From an uncultured Desulfospira sp. (GTDB lineage: Bacteria > Desulfobacterota > Desulfobacteria > Desulfobacterales > Desulfobacteraceae): a stretch of 64,000 nucleotides of DNA. The stretch lies in the NCBI GenBank assembly GCA_963663165.1, contig OY760175.1, positions 6,304,001 through 6,368,000 on the forward strand, read 5' to 3'. The number at the start of each line of letters is the position of its first letter. Within the stretch, counting starts at the first letter, position 1. The position numbers and the translations under genes were made by a program. Below are positions 28,368 through 36,811 of this stretch, piece after piece. The notes beneath the pieces were generated by a model. The model was not told the origin of the DNA. It saw only the letters and a program-made list of their open reading frames with translations, and made no database searches.

Positions 28368-28407
28368 AAACAGGCCACTTCTGATTTAACCGGAAGATGG
28401 CCTGTTT
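28368..28407 (+). terminator. Hairpin after the ATPase of copy B
   Basis: AAACAGGCCACTTC...GAAGATGGCCTGTTT followed by an AT-rich tail. Confidence 0.55.
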
Positions 28408-28628
28408 ATATTTTGACCTTAATTGATTAACGCAATTTTTCGCCTGGATATACCTGTGAAAATCAGGGAACCACAGATTGTTTTTGAATCTTTTTTGAAC
28501 CGTTACATTAATTTGCAACTTTCAATATTTTTGACTGCCAACCTAACCTACTAAATTTATATGAAAAACCATTTCTTTTTTGAAATAATGAACGAAAAAA
28601 AATCCGTTACATTATTTGAATGTGAGCA

Positions 28629-29336
28629 GGCGCACGGCCAAAGGCCCTGGTGCAAAAAGATGACGGGTCCTGCTGGATTGCAAAATTCCCCCGGCTGAGG
28701 GATCAGTTTTCCGTTGAATCCCTTGAAGCTGCCTGTCTTGAGCTTGCCCGTTCCGCAGGCCTGCCTGTCCCTGATTTTCAGATTTATGAGGCCGGGGAAC
28801 GTAAGATTCTACTGGTAAAACGCTTTGACGTTACAGCCCGTGGCGGCCGGAACCACATGATCAGCATGCAAACCCTGCTGAATGCCGACGGGTACTATCA
28901 TTTGTCATATTCCGACGTTTTCAGCCGGATTGCCAAACACAGCTCTCAGGTTTCCCGGGATATGGCACTGATGTTCAGACAGATGGTGTTTAATACGGCC
29001 ATGGGCAACACCGACGATCATTTAAAAAACTTTTTCATGCTGCACACCGGACAGGGTTTTGAAATGTCCCCGGTATACGACCTGCTGCCGGACATTTTTT
29101 TTAACCGGGAACACCAGTTATCCTTTCCATACTCCGGCACCCTGCCGCCGGATCGGCAAATTTATGAAAAAATCGGGAAAGAATTGCATATCCCTGATCC
29201 GGGGAAGGTTCTTGACCAGGTGTATAACGCCGTATCTGAATGGAAGACCGTTTTCCAGGAAATAGGTGTTCCTGAAACCGATATCCTGAGGCTTGAACCG
29301 GATATCTCAAGACGGCTGGCAAAGATTAAATCTTAG
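28629..29336 (+). pseudogene. hipA: hipA-family kinase domain, 5'-truncated by transposon copy B
   Basis: Begins mid P-loop: GARPKALV...WIAKFP; also VKRFD, GNTDDHLKN, MSPVYDL. Confidence 0.88.
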
Positions 29337-29519
29337 GGTCTGATACAGCGTTCACAGCGGGGCAACGCCTCAACATAATAAATAATAGTCCGGGGTTTTG
29401 AATCAGGCCTCACTGCATTTTTTTAACGTAGTCCCCCATCAGGAATTTTTAATACCCCCCTGCAATGCTTCTGTCATTGAACGCTGATTCTAAATCGGCT
29501 CGGGCAACATAAATACCAT
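29072..29519 (+). repeat. ~450-bp direct repeat, copy 2
   Basis: Matches 16761-17209. Confidence 0.92.
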
Positions 29520-29727
29520 AACCGTCAATTAAATCGACATCTTCTGCTTTGATTCCTAATTCTTGATAGATTTCAACTACATTTTTATTCATTTCACCAT
29601 CAGCAGAGTAAGTTACATTAAATAAGTCTTTATCATAACTACTTGTAATTGTATATGCATCTGCTGATTTTGCTATAATTGCAGGAGCAATAAGTGATAA
29701 TGCTGCAGCTGCAATTTTTGTTTTTAA

Positions 29728-31266
29728 CCCTACAACGTAACTTAGGGTGTATTCTTTCTATCAAGAAGCCTCCTTTTTCGATGCGATAGATATGCAGCGT
29801 GATTGCGCCTTTGGTAATACAAAACCGATTGTATAACGGTATGAAAATGACAAGGTCTCAATGGCAAAACCACCTCCATTAGTATTCTAAGCTGCGACAC
29901 TGTAATAGATGGAGCTTTTTTTTCCCATCCTGATTTTCAGGTGCCACAAGAAAAAATGTGCAAGCATGCACGTTATTATATGATGATTCCAGCCTGGGTA
30001 TTTACGGACCTCATAATGATCCATGCCGAGTTCAGTCTTGGTTTCCTCAAAACACTGTTCAATTGCCCAACGAATACCACTAAGCCATACAAAAAGCTTT
30101 AATCTGGCACTAACCCCGGCATTGCTAAGGAAAAATTTATAATCCGGGGATTTCCCAAGGGTTCGCCTCATGATCAGCCACACCGATTTTGTAGGCGTGT
30201 TTCCTTTGGAAAGTACCACTCGTCTTTTGGTAAATTCATATTCAATAGGTCCTTTGGTACCTTCAGATACTTTCCGGCGGTACCAGAAAAAATCATTTAT
30301 ATTTTTTGCGATAGTTTTGACATCGACCGGCTTTTTGGAGGATTTTTCAACAACTATTTTTGTACGCTGCTCTCCTTTGTATTTGTAAGTTTTTTCAACG
30401 GTAATAGGTCTGTTAAACCAGCATTGAGTATTACAAGGAACTTCTACAAAATAGGTCAAATCCGGATGTTGCTCAACAGCTTCAATAAAATCATCACTGT
30501 TGCCATACAATGAATCCGCGGTAACATACTTAAACGGCACGATGGCTTCTTCTGCGAGTTCGTTCAACATTTCGGAAGCCAATTGCGGTTTTGTCTTAAA
30601 CGAAACAGACTCAGGCAGTTTGCACTTTTTTCTTCCCTGTTTGTGATCGTCTTTAAACCATAGTTCAGGTATAAACAGTCGTTTATCAATCAATCCGTAG
30701 CCCTTTGGGGAAGCATAGGCTGCAAAAACACCCACTTGGCTGTTTTCAACCTTGCCGACATTCCCGCAATATTGTCTGGCAACACCGATGGATTCATTGC
30801 CTTTTTTAACAAAACCGCTTTCATCAAAAATAAGAACGCCGTCAGGTGTCCCCATATCTTCATTTATGAGATTACGATACTTGGCCATAATATTGGCGTC
30901 ATTCCATTCAGTATCGCTAATAAAACGCTGCATTGCCCTAACATTGCCATCTTCAACGGCCAGAGCAATGGGTTCAATTGATTTTCTTTCCAGGTCACTA
31001 AATTGCCCAGCCATATACCTGAAAAAATGTTCCCTTGACTCAGAACGATGAAAACAGTCGTGGAAAATTTCATGAAACCCTTTAAGTTCATTGAAAAAAT
31101 TTTTTACATCCCCTTCACAGATATCAAATTTGGGGATAGGATAAAGGTACTCATCTTTTCGGATTTCAGGCAACATACTCTACCTCCTATATAAAAGTTA
31201 TATTGCGGAGTGTAGCAGATTATGTTACCTAAAACAATAATATTAAATATAAGTCACGTTGTAGGG
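29728..31266 (-). mobile_element. IS701-family insertion sequence (1539 bp) with TTAA target duplication
   Basis: IRs CCCTACAACGTAACTTA and TAAGTCACGTTGTAGGG match 16/17; TTAA at 29724-29727 and 31267-31270. Confidence 0.9.
29887..31176 (-). CDS. IS701-family transposase
   Basis: ERKSIEPIA, LIFDESGFVKKG, GVARQYCG, ADSLYG, RWAIEQCFEETKTELGMDHYEVR. Confidence 0.93.
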   Translation of the reverse strand: MLPEIRKDEYLYPIPKFDICEGDVKNFFNELKGFHEIFHDCFHRSESREHFFRYMAGQFSDLERKSIEPIALAVEDGNVRAMQRFISDTEWNDANIMAKYRNLINEDMGTPDGVLIFDESGFVKKGNESIGVARQYCGNVGKVENSQVGVFAAYASPKGYGLIDKRLFIPELWFKDDHKQGRKKCKLPESVSFKTKPQLASEMLNELAEEAIVPFKYVTADSLYGNSDDFIEAVEQHPDLTYFVEVPCNTQCWFNRPITVEKTYKYKGEQRTKIVVEKSSKKPVDVKTIAKNINDFFWYRRKVSEGTKGPIEYEFTKRRVVLSKGNTPTKSVWLIMRRTLGKSPDYKFFLSNAGVSARLKLFVWLSGIRWAIEQCFEETKTELGMDHYEVRKYPGWNHHIITCMLAHFFLWHLKIRMGKKSSIYYSVAA

Positions 31267-31435
31267 TTAATCCCTTTACCATTTTTAATTAGCAATAAAT
31301 ATTTTTAAAATGAAAAATTTAATTTTTTAAAACAAAAAGTCATCTTCGTCTTTCAACGGTGCGTTTCCTGCCAACCATGCACTCTATCCTTCTTCCGGTC
31401 AGGGTTGATGTTTACTTTCTGTCTCAGGAACAGAA

Positions 31436-31451
31436 TGCAATTAGTATGCCA
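31436..31451 (-). promoter_or_regulatory. Putative sigma-54 promoter of the IS-interrupted exported-protein gene
   Basis: Minus strand TGGCATACTAATTGCA, ~155 bp upstream of ATG 31282. Confidence 0.6.
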
Positions 31452-31667
31452 TGCTTTGTCTTCCCATCATACAAGGCGATTGTTTGCCATAACATATTGT
31501 TTTCTATATTCTTAGCGCATAAGGCCGGTCCTGGTGCCCTTTCTTCCCTTATCGAAGGTAATATAGCCAATTGAGAAAAAAAAGTAACACATTGGGTAAA
31601 AAAATTCCCATAGGGCGAAAAAATATTCACACTTTATTCTAACGTTAATGCTGGGCGTTGTGGGGTA

Positions 31668-31931
31668 GGGTCGGGCCAAGCTAACCAGCTGTTATTCTAA
31701 AGATTTCATTTAAAAATCTATCCATAACCAGGCTTAATTGAAGGTTCCCCCCCCCCCCCCCCCCCCCCCCCAAAGCCCAAAAGCCCTTTTATGGATGAAG
31801 ACCCAAATGAGATTGCCTTAATCAACCCTTTTTTGGCCCAAATTGGCCCAAAAAGGATCGATTAAGACAAAAAAACAGCGCTGTTTTTAGCCTATTTCTT
31901 AGAATATTGGATAGATAGAGTGGCCCGACCC
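31668..31931. mobile_element. MITE-like element (~264 bp) with an internal C25 tract
   Basis: GGGTCGGGCCA-N14-TATTCTAA at both ends in inverted orientation; no ORF. Confidence 0.65.
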
Positions 31932-31984
31932 CAAATGCGCCAAATGCAAATGCCGCGGTAACAAAAGCTATTAAAGCTTAGTAA

Positions 31985-33379
31985 TCATTGTACAGACCAT
32001 TTTATTTTCCAATTCTCATATTCTGAAGGTCGCAACCGGTAACGGGCAATATTGCCTTCATGCAGGCCTATCAATTCCGTTTCGACAACTTCAACAAAAC
32101 GCTCCCTTTCTTTTGACTCAATTTTTTCAATTGCACATTCTTTTATGTAAGACACAGCCATCTTTTTATTCATGCCGTCACGCACAACATTATTTACAAC
32201 ATTGAAAATGGTTGCACGATGGCGAAGCCGGAAAGGATCTGGCTCCCCAAGTGAACTGCGGACAGCTGAATAGCGGTCGCAAGAACGCTCATATGCCCAT
32301 ATAAAAACATCCCTGAGCAACGCCACTCTATTCAGTTCATATACCCCCATTAGCCCGTCAACATAAGCTTGTTCAGGCACATCTACAAATGAAAGTGGGC
32401 ACAAATTATCTCGAATAAGGGGAATGTTTGCAGATAGGCGTGAAACCCTCTTGTTCACATCCTCGAATGGCTGGAGATACGGCAAATGAACCATCGCAAA
32501 AAAAGCCTGTTCGAATGGGTTCTCTATTGCAGTGGCTTTCTCAAGCACTTGCGAAAAAGACTCTTCTATCCGCTGTGGTACTTCCAAGGGTATATATACT
32601 GTCCCACTTATTCCGACTGGGATGGCGCGTAACTTTCCGCAGGCCCTTGAATCAGCCAGCAGGTTGTCAGAGAGAAGCGCATGAAGATTGCAAATTGTAT
32701 AGCTGTTGAACCCGACTTCCTGCGCCTGTTCCACCAATAGTTCGATAGCCGCTTTATGGTTCAGAATCATTTGTGATTCTATCGCCTGTTTGCCCTCGGC
32801 GACCTCTCCAAATTCAAGCAAACGATCAGTTTCAAGCAAAGAGTAAGTATTGCCCTCTAGACGGCTTGAATTCCATGACAGATCAATTAAAACACGATTA
32901 AATACCTTGCGTGCATAGGTTCCGGCCGGCCTATGACCATCCGACGATTGGCCCTTTTCAAAAAGGCGCCGGCGAATCTCAAGAGAAAGGTAAAAGGTTT
33001 TATTAGGAATATACTCATCGATAAACCTTTGGTTATACCCGACAGGTTGACGGTTCTGAATCGGTTGGCGGACTACCTGCTTTATTTTCTCTCCCTCCCG
33101 GGAGACGGGAATATAAACCTCGCCATGAGACTCTAATTTAAGAGAAGGAAGCTTGGCATCTAATCCTGCTATTGCTTTCACAACATACCTGCTACTGCGT
33201 CCCCTGCCTTTTAAAATTAACTTCTTCTGTCCAACAAGGTTACTGAGACGGCGTTGCAGAGTCCGACGGGATAATTTTTCCATGACAATGCTGATATCTT
33301 TTATTGAGGCACCCTCAGGGAATTGACCAACGGCTTTCAGAACATCATCTAATTCATTTTGTGGTATATACTTTGGCAT
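31985..33379 (-). CDS. Fic-family protein with N-terminal HTH
   Basis: SWNSSRLEGN and Fic motif variant YLQPFEDVNKRVSR; N-terminal SRRTLQRRLSNLV...GRGRSSRY. Confidence 0.9.
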   Translation of the reverse strand: MPKYIPQNELDDVLKAVGQFPEGASIKDISIVMEKLSRRTLQRRLSNLVGQKKLILKGRGRSSRYVVKAIAGLDAKLPSLKLESHGEVYIPVSREGEKIKQVVRQPIQNRQPVGYNQRFIDEYIPNKTFYLSLEIRRRLFEKGQSSDGHRPAGTYARKVFNRVLIDLSWNSSRLEGNTYSLLETDRLLEFGEVAEGKQAIESQMILNHKAAIELLVEQAQEVGFNSYTICNLHALLSDNLLADSRACGKLRAIPVGISGTVYIPLEVPQRIEESFSQVLEKATAIENPFEQAFFAMVHLPYLQPFEDVNKRVSRLSANIPLIRDNLCPLSFVDVPEQAYVDGLMGVYELNRVALLRDVFIWAYERSCDRYSAVRSSLGEPDPFRLRHRATIFNVVNNVVRDGMNKKMAVSYIKECAIEKIESKERERFVEVVETELIGLHEGNIARYRLRPSEYENWKIKWSVQ

Positions 33380-33385
33380 GATAAC

Positions 33386-33457
33386 TATATGGCACATTTT
33401 CTATAATTGCGCCATATTAATTTTTATATGGCGCAATTATAGAAAATGTGCCATATA
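33386..33457. promoter_or_regulatory. Perfect 32-bp-arm palindrome just upstream of fic (putative operator)
   Basis: TATATGGCACATTTTCTATAATTGCGCCATAT-N8-ATATGGCGCAATTATAGAAAATGTGCCATATA. Confidence 0.65.
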
Positions 33458-33514
33458 AAAACAGGTGATAAAAGATCGACTATTGCCGACACTCAACAAA
33501 AAAATGCTGAATTT

Positions 33515-33568
33515 CGGGGACACGAGACAAAATTAAAATCGGCTTGCCAATATTTTTGTATCGTGTCC
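33515..33568. repeat. Inverted copy of the 59-bp hairpin element, right arm cut by the intron remnant
   Basis: Aligns with the reverse complement of 18814-18872 up to CGTGTCC. Confidence 0.85.
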
Positions 33569-34021
33569 GTATGCCGTAACAGCTGTAATTCTGACCGGTT
33601 GAAGTCCTGTGGGAGAAATTGTCCGTACACCTCTTTAGCACCGGGAAGCAGCGTCTGGGTAACCAAAGGAAAGGGACCCTACTGTGTTCAAGCCACTAAC
33701 AAACGGAGGATCAGGAGATTGCAATATGCTATTAACTCCGGATAGAATCAGGACGCTTCAGAGGAAGCTTTATTGTAAAGCCAAGCAGGAACCGGATTTC
33801 CGTTTTTATTCTTTTATATGAAAGTCTCACTAACGTCCTGAGAAGACTTTCAATATTTGTTGTGGGCGGCTCTTGGTTGGATAACCAAAGCGGCCCGTGG
33901 CCGTTATACGACAAGGTCTATCGGGCAGATATCCTTGGTCATGCCTATTGCCTTGCCCGGGCTAATAAAGGTGCACCTGGAATAGACGGTGTCAGCTTTA
34001 AGTCCATAGAGAAGGATGAAA
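33569..34021 (+). mobile_element. ltrA: Group II intron remnant (5' RNA part plus RT/maturase N-terminus), interrupted and truncated
   Basis: From 33726 [29 protein letters not shown], then a ~90-bp insert, then [15 protein letters not shown]...NKGAPGIDG (RT domain 0); 5' end GTATG resembles GUGYG. Confidence 0.8.
33857..33906 (+). repeat. ~50-nt hairpin repeat ending GGATAACCAAAGCGGCCCGTGGCCGTTA, copy 1
   Basis: Related copies at 38808-38860 (reverse) and 61654-61705. Confidence 0.8.
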
Positions 34022-34342
34022 TTGAGGTTAGAAGTCCCCGGCAACTGCCGAGGACGTTTCTTAATCAGTGCTCTACTCTACCCCGAATTCTGCTACCCCG
34101 AATTCTGTCCCCCGAATTCGCGCTACCAGAAGCAATAGTGGTCATTCAGCGAGCCATACTCAACATATTGAACAGGTCCGTTTTTTGGATGGCCTTGCCC
34201 CGGACTTTTTTTGTTTTCTATATCCAGTCTTAAATCTTGCTCCCGACTGTGGATTTGAGCCGGAGCAAGATTAAGGGCAAGAGTATGAAAAAAAGGTCAA
34301 TTCATCGGCTGGAGGCTGTAATTCTTTGTTATCACGCAGCAA

Positions 34343-36802
34343 TTACGGCGCGGGCGTTGTGTTTTCCTTCAGGTCAAAGTAGAATTTTACCGCAAGGGAC
34401 AAAGAGGCCAGTTTGGACTGGGTGGAGTCTCCCCGGGAGGTGAGGATCAGCGGCATGTCGCCGCAGAGGATGACACCGGCCAGGGCGGCGCCGGACTGGG
34501 TTGTCAGGGTCTTCCACAACACGTTGCCGGCATCGATGTCCGGTAAAATCAGCACATCGGCGTTGCCCCTGATTTTGCCCGTATAGTGTTTCTCTTCGGC
34601 AATGGCCGGCTCCATGGCCACGTCAATGGACAGCGGGCCTTCCACAATACAGTCGTCCCGGCCGGCAAACCGCTGGGCAATCCGTTCGGCTTCAATGGAG
34701 CTGTCCACGCTCCGGTTCACATTCTCAACCGCTGAAATCACGGCCACTTTGGGAACTTTGATGTTCAGGTTATGGACCACCTTTAAGGCGTTTTCAAGAA
34801 TGGCCACCCGCTTTGCCTCATCGGGATAGGTGTTCAGGGCCCCGTCGGAAAAGGCCAAGAGCTTGCTTCTGGTGGGAATGTCCACAATGGCGGTGTGGCT
34901 CATGACCTGGCCTTTGACCAGCCGGCCTGTTCGTTTCAGGTACTTGATGATGCCCCTTAAAATGTCTTCGGTGTGGATCAGCCCTTTCATGAGAATGTCC
35001 ACCTTGCCTTCATCCAGCAGCTCAATGGCCTTGTCAATGGGATTTTCCGTATCCACAATGGTATAATTTTCATTGTCAATGACCAGGTCATACTCATAGG
35101 CGATCCGGTTAATCTCCTGAAAGTCACCCAAAAGGACAAATTTGGCCAGCCTGAACCGCCCCTCTTCATTGGCCCGTTTGGCCGCCTGGATGGCCTCTTC
35201 GTTATTGGCCCCGACAATGGCGATGGCCGGGGCATAGTTCTCCTTGACCGTGAGATAGGCCGCGTCAATCACATCATCTATGGAGGTTAGGGGAGCGCCT
35301 TTTTTCTTGAACCGGATTTCCCGCTTGAAAATGGTGGTGTCAATGAGCTCATCTTCGGCGTGCCGTTTTTTTCTTAAGGCGTCCCGCTCGGTTTCATAAT
35401 CTTTTAATATTTCCGGCGCGTAGAACCCCTGGATCTGTCCGGCTGCCAGGGCTTCGTTCTCAAAATATCCGGGCATGACCACCACCGGGTAACGGCCCCG
35501 GATGTTGTGCTTGACCCTTCGCATCATGTCCGGGTTGGCGGCAAGGCCGCCGGTGATCACCATGACCTTGACATTGGCCCCGTCAGCGGTCAGCTTTAAC
35601 ATGCCGCCGGCAATGCCCCGGGCCAGGAAATCCTGGACCAGGCCGATTTTTTTTCTCTGTACCGGGGTTGCCCCCTGGCGCAGGAAAGCGAGCATGGCGT
35701 AAAAATCATTGGTCCCCACCAGGGACAACAGGCCGCCCCGCTCGGTCAGCACCTGCCCTAAGTCCTTGAGGGAAAATTCATTGTTCTTAATGGCGGAAAG
35801 GACCCTGTCAATATCAAGGGCGCCGCTCCGGCTGGTGGAGGCCAGGCCTGAATAGGCATCAATGAGCATGCTGACCCGACCCCTTCTATGGGCCGCCAAA
35901 GATGTCCCCCCGCCCACATGGGCGGTTACGGCATCAAGCTGTTCCGGTTCCTGATTCATCAGGGATGCCACCAGCCGCCATACGGCCTTATGGCTTAAAT
36001 AATGGCCGCCGGCACCGTTTCGTTTGATCTTCACGAACCCGGTCACCCGGTCGACAAGGTCAAGTTCGTCACAGACAAAGGGATCGGTGGTGGTCAACAG
36101 CAGTTCCTTCTGGCTGTCGGCCAGTTCGGCCAGTTTCAGTCCCATGGAGATCCCCATATTGCTGGCGTGGGGGCGCAGGGGGGTTTCCACAAGGTCCGTG
36201 ACCATTTCGGGGACCACCCGGTAGGTGCCGCTGGGGATGGGCTGCAAAAAACCGCCCTGGCAGGCAATGCCGGAAAGGGTCTTAAGGGGGATGCCGGCCT
36301 GCTCTAAATGGGCGGCCACCGAGGCGACCCGGTGTTCAATGCCGTCGGCCTCATCGGGCAGCAGGTGGATTTCAAACTTGTGGATCTGCTCTACCCCCTG
36401 GTAAACGGCGATCCGTGTGGATACGGTGCCCGGGTTAATCAACAAAAATTTAAGGTTGCCCTCTAAAGCCTCCCCCACCAGGGGGTCACCCACCAGGCGG
36501 CGGACCACGAAGGCCTTGGCATTGCCTTTGCGCTCCATTTCAAGCATCAGGGTCAGGGCGTTGCCGAGAATGGCATTGACCTGGGCGGACGGCGGGGATT
36601 TGAGCAAAACGTCAATCACCGAAGCCAGCTCGCTTTTGGCCATCAGCAGATCTGAGGCACTGGGCTCCTCTTTTATTAACTGCGCCAGTTCTGCGAACCA
36701 AACATCGCTTGATACAGAAAGCTGCCGCTCAAAGGCCGACATGGATACACTGATTTTACCAATTTGAGCTACTGTTTCAAGCACTCTGTCACGAAGTTCC
36801 AC
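34343..36802 (-). CDS. Butyrate kinase / phosphate butyryltransferase fusion with N-terminal extension
   Basis: Buk-like INPGTVST, HASNMG, AHVGGG, ITGGLA; Ptb-like LMKGLIHT, DGALN, EGPLSID, PDIDAGN, LTSRGDS. Confidence 0.85.
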   Translation of the reverse strand: MELRDRVLETVAQIGKISVSMSAFERQLSVSSDVWFAELAQLIKEEPSASDLLMAKSELASVIDVLLKSPPSAQVNAILGNALTLMLEMERKGNAKAFVVRRLVGDPLVGEALEGNLKFLLINPGTVSTRIAVYQGVEQIHKFEIHLLPDEADGIEHRVASVAAHLEQAGIPLKTLSGIACQGGFLQPIPSGTYRVVPEMVTDLVETPLRPHASNMGISMGLKLAELADSQKELLLTTTDPFVCDELDLVDRVTGFVKIKRNGAGGHYLSHKAVWRLVASLMNQEPEQLDAVTAHVGGGTSLAAHRRGRVSMLIDAYSGLASTSRSGALDIDRVLSAIKNNEFSLKDLGQVLTERGGLLSLVGTNDFYAMLAFLRQGATPVQRKKIGLVQDFLARGIAGGMLKLTADGANVKVMVITGGLAANPDMMRRVKHNIRGRYPVVVMPGYFENEALAAGQIQGFYAPEILKDYETERDALRKKRHAEDELIDTTIFKREIRFKKKGAPLTSIDDVIDAAYLTVKENYAPAIAIVGANNEEAIQAAKRANEEGRFRLAKFVLLGDFQEINRIAYEYDLVIDNENYTIVDTENPIDKAIELLDEGKVDILMKGLIHTEDILRGIIKYLKRTGRLVKGQVMSHTAIVDIPTRSKLLAFSDGALNTYPDEAKRVAILENALKVVHNLNIKVPKVAVISAVENVNRSVDSSIEAERIAQRFAGRDDCIVEGPLSIDVAMEPAIAEEKHYTGKIRGNADVLILPDIDAGNVLWKTLTTQSGAALAGVILCGDMPLILTSRGDSTQSKLASLSLAVKFYFDLKENTTPAP

Positions 36803-36811
36803 ACGTTCTCC

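Larger units (their letters stand above)
24351..28628 (+). mobile_element. Five-gene TG...CA DDE transposon, copy B (4278 bp)
   Basis: IRL TGCTAAGATTCAAAAAATGTAACG and IRR CGTTACATTATTTGAATGTGAGCA match 21/24; hipA sequence (GARPKA) resumes at 28629. Confidence 0.88.
29449..31282 (-). pseudogene. Exported protein gene interrupted by IS701 after codon 5
   Basis: Removing the IS and one TTAA restores MVKGLKTKIAAAALSLIAPAIIAKSADAYTITSSYDKD..., which has a signal peptide. Confidence 0.7.

Noticed and set aside
20045..28628. Mu-like prophage, or a simple tandem duplication
   Set aside because: No structural, lysis or repressor genes; the two units have their own IRs, different ORF1s and many substitutions
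33862..34233. 123-aa ORF as a real gene
   Set aside because: Chimera of the hairpin insert, an RT fragment and the tandem CCCCGAATTC repeats
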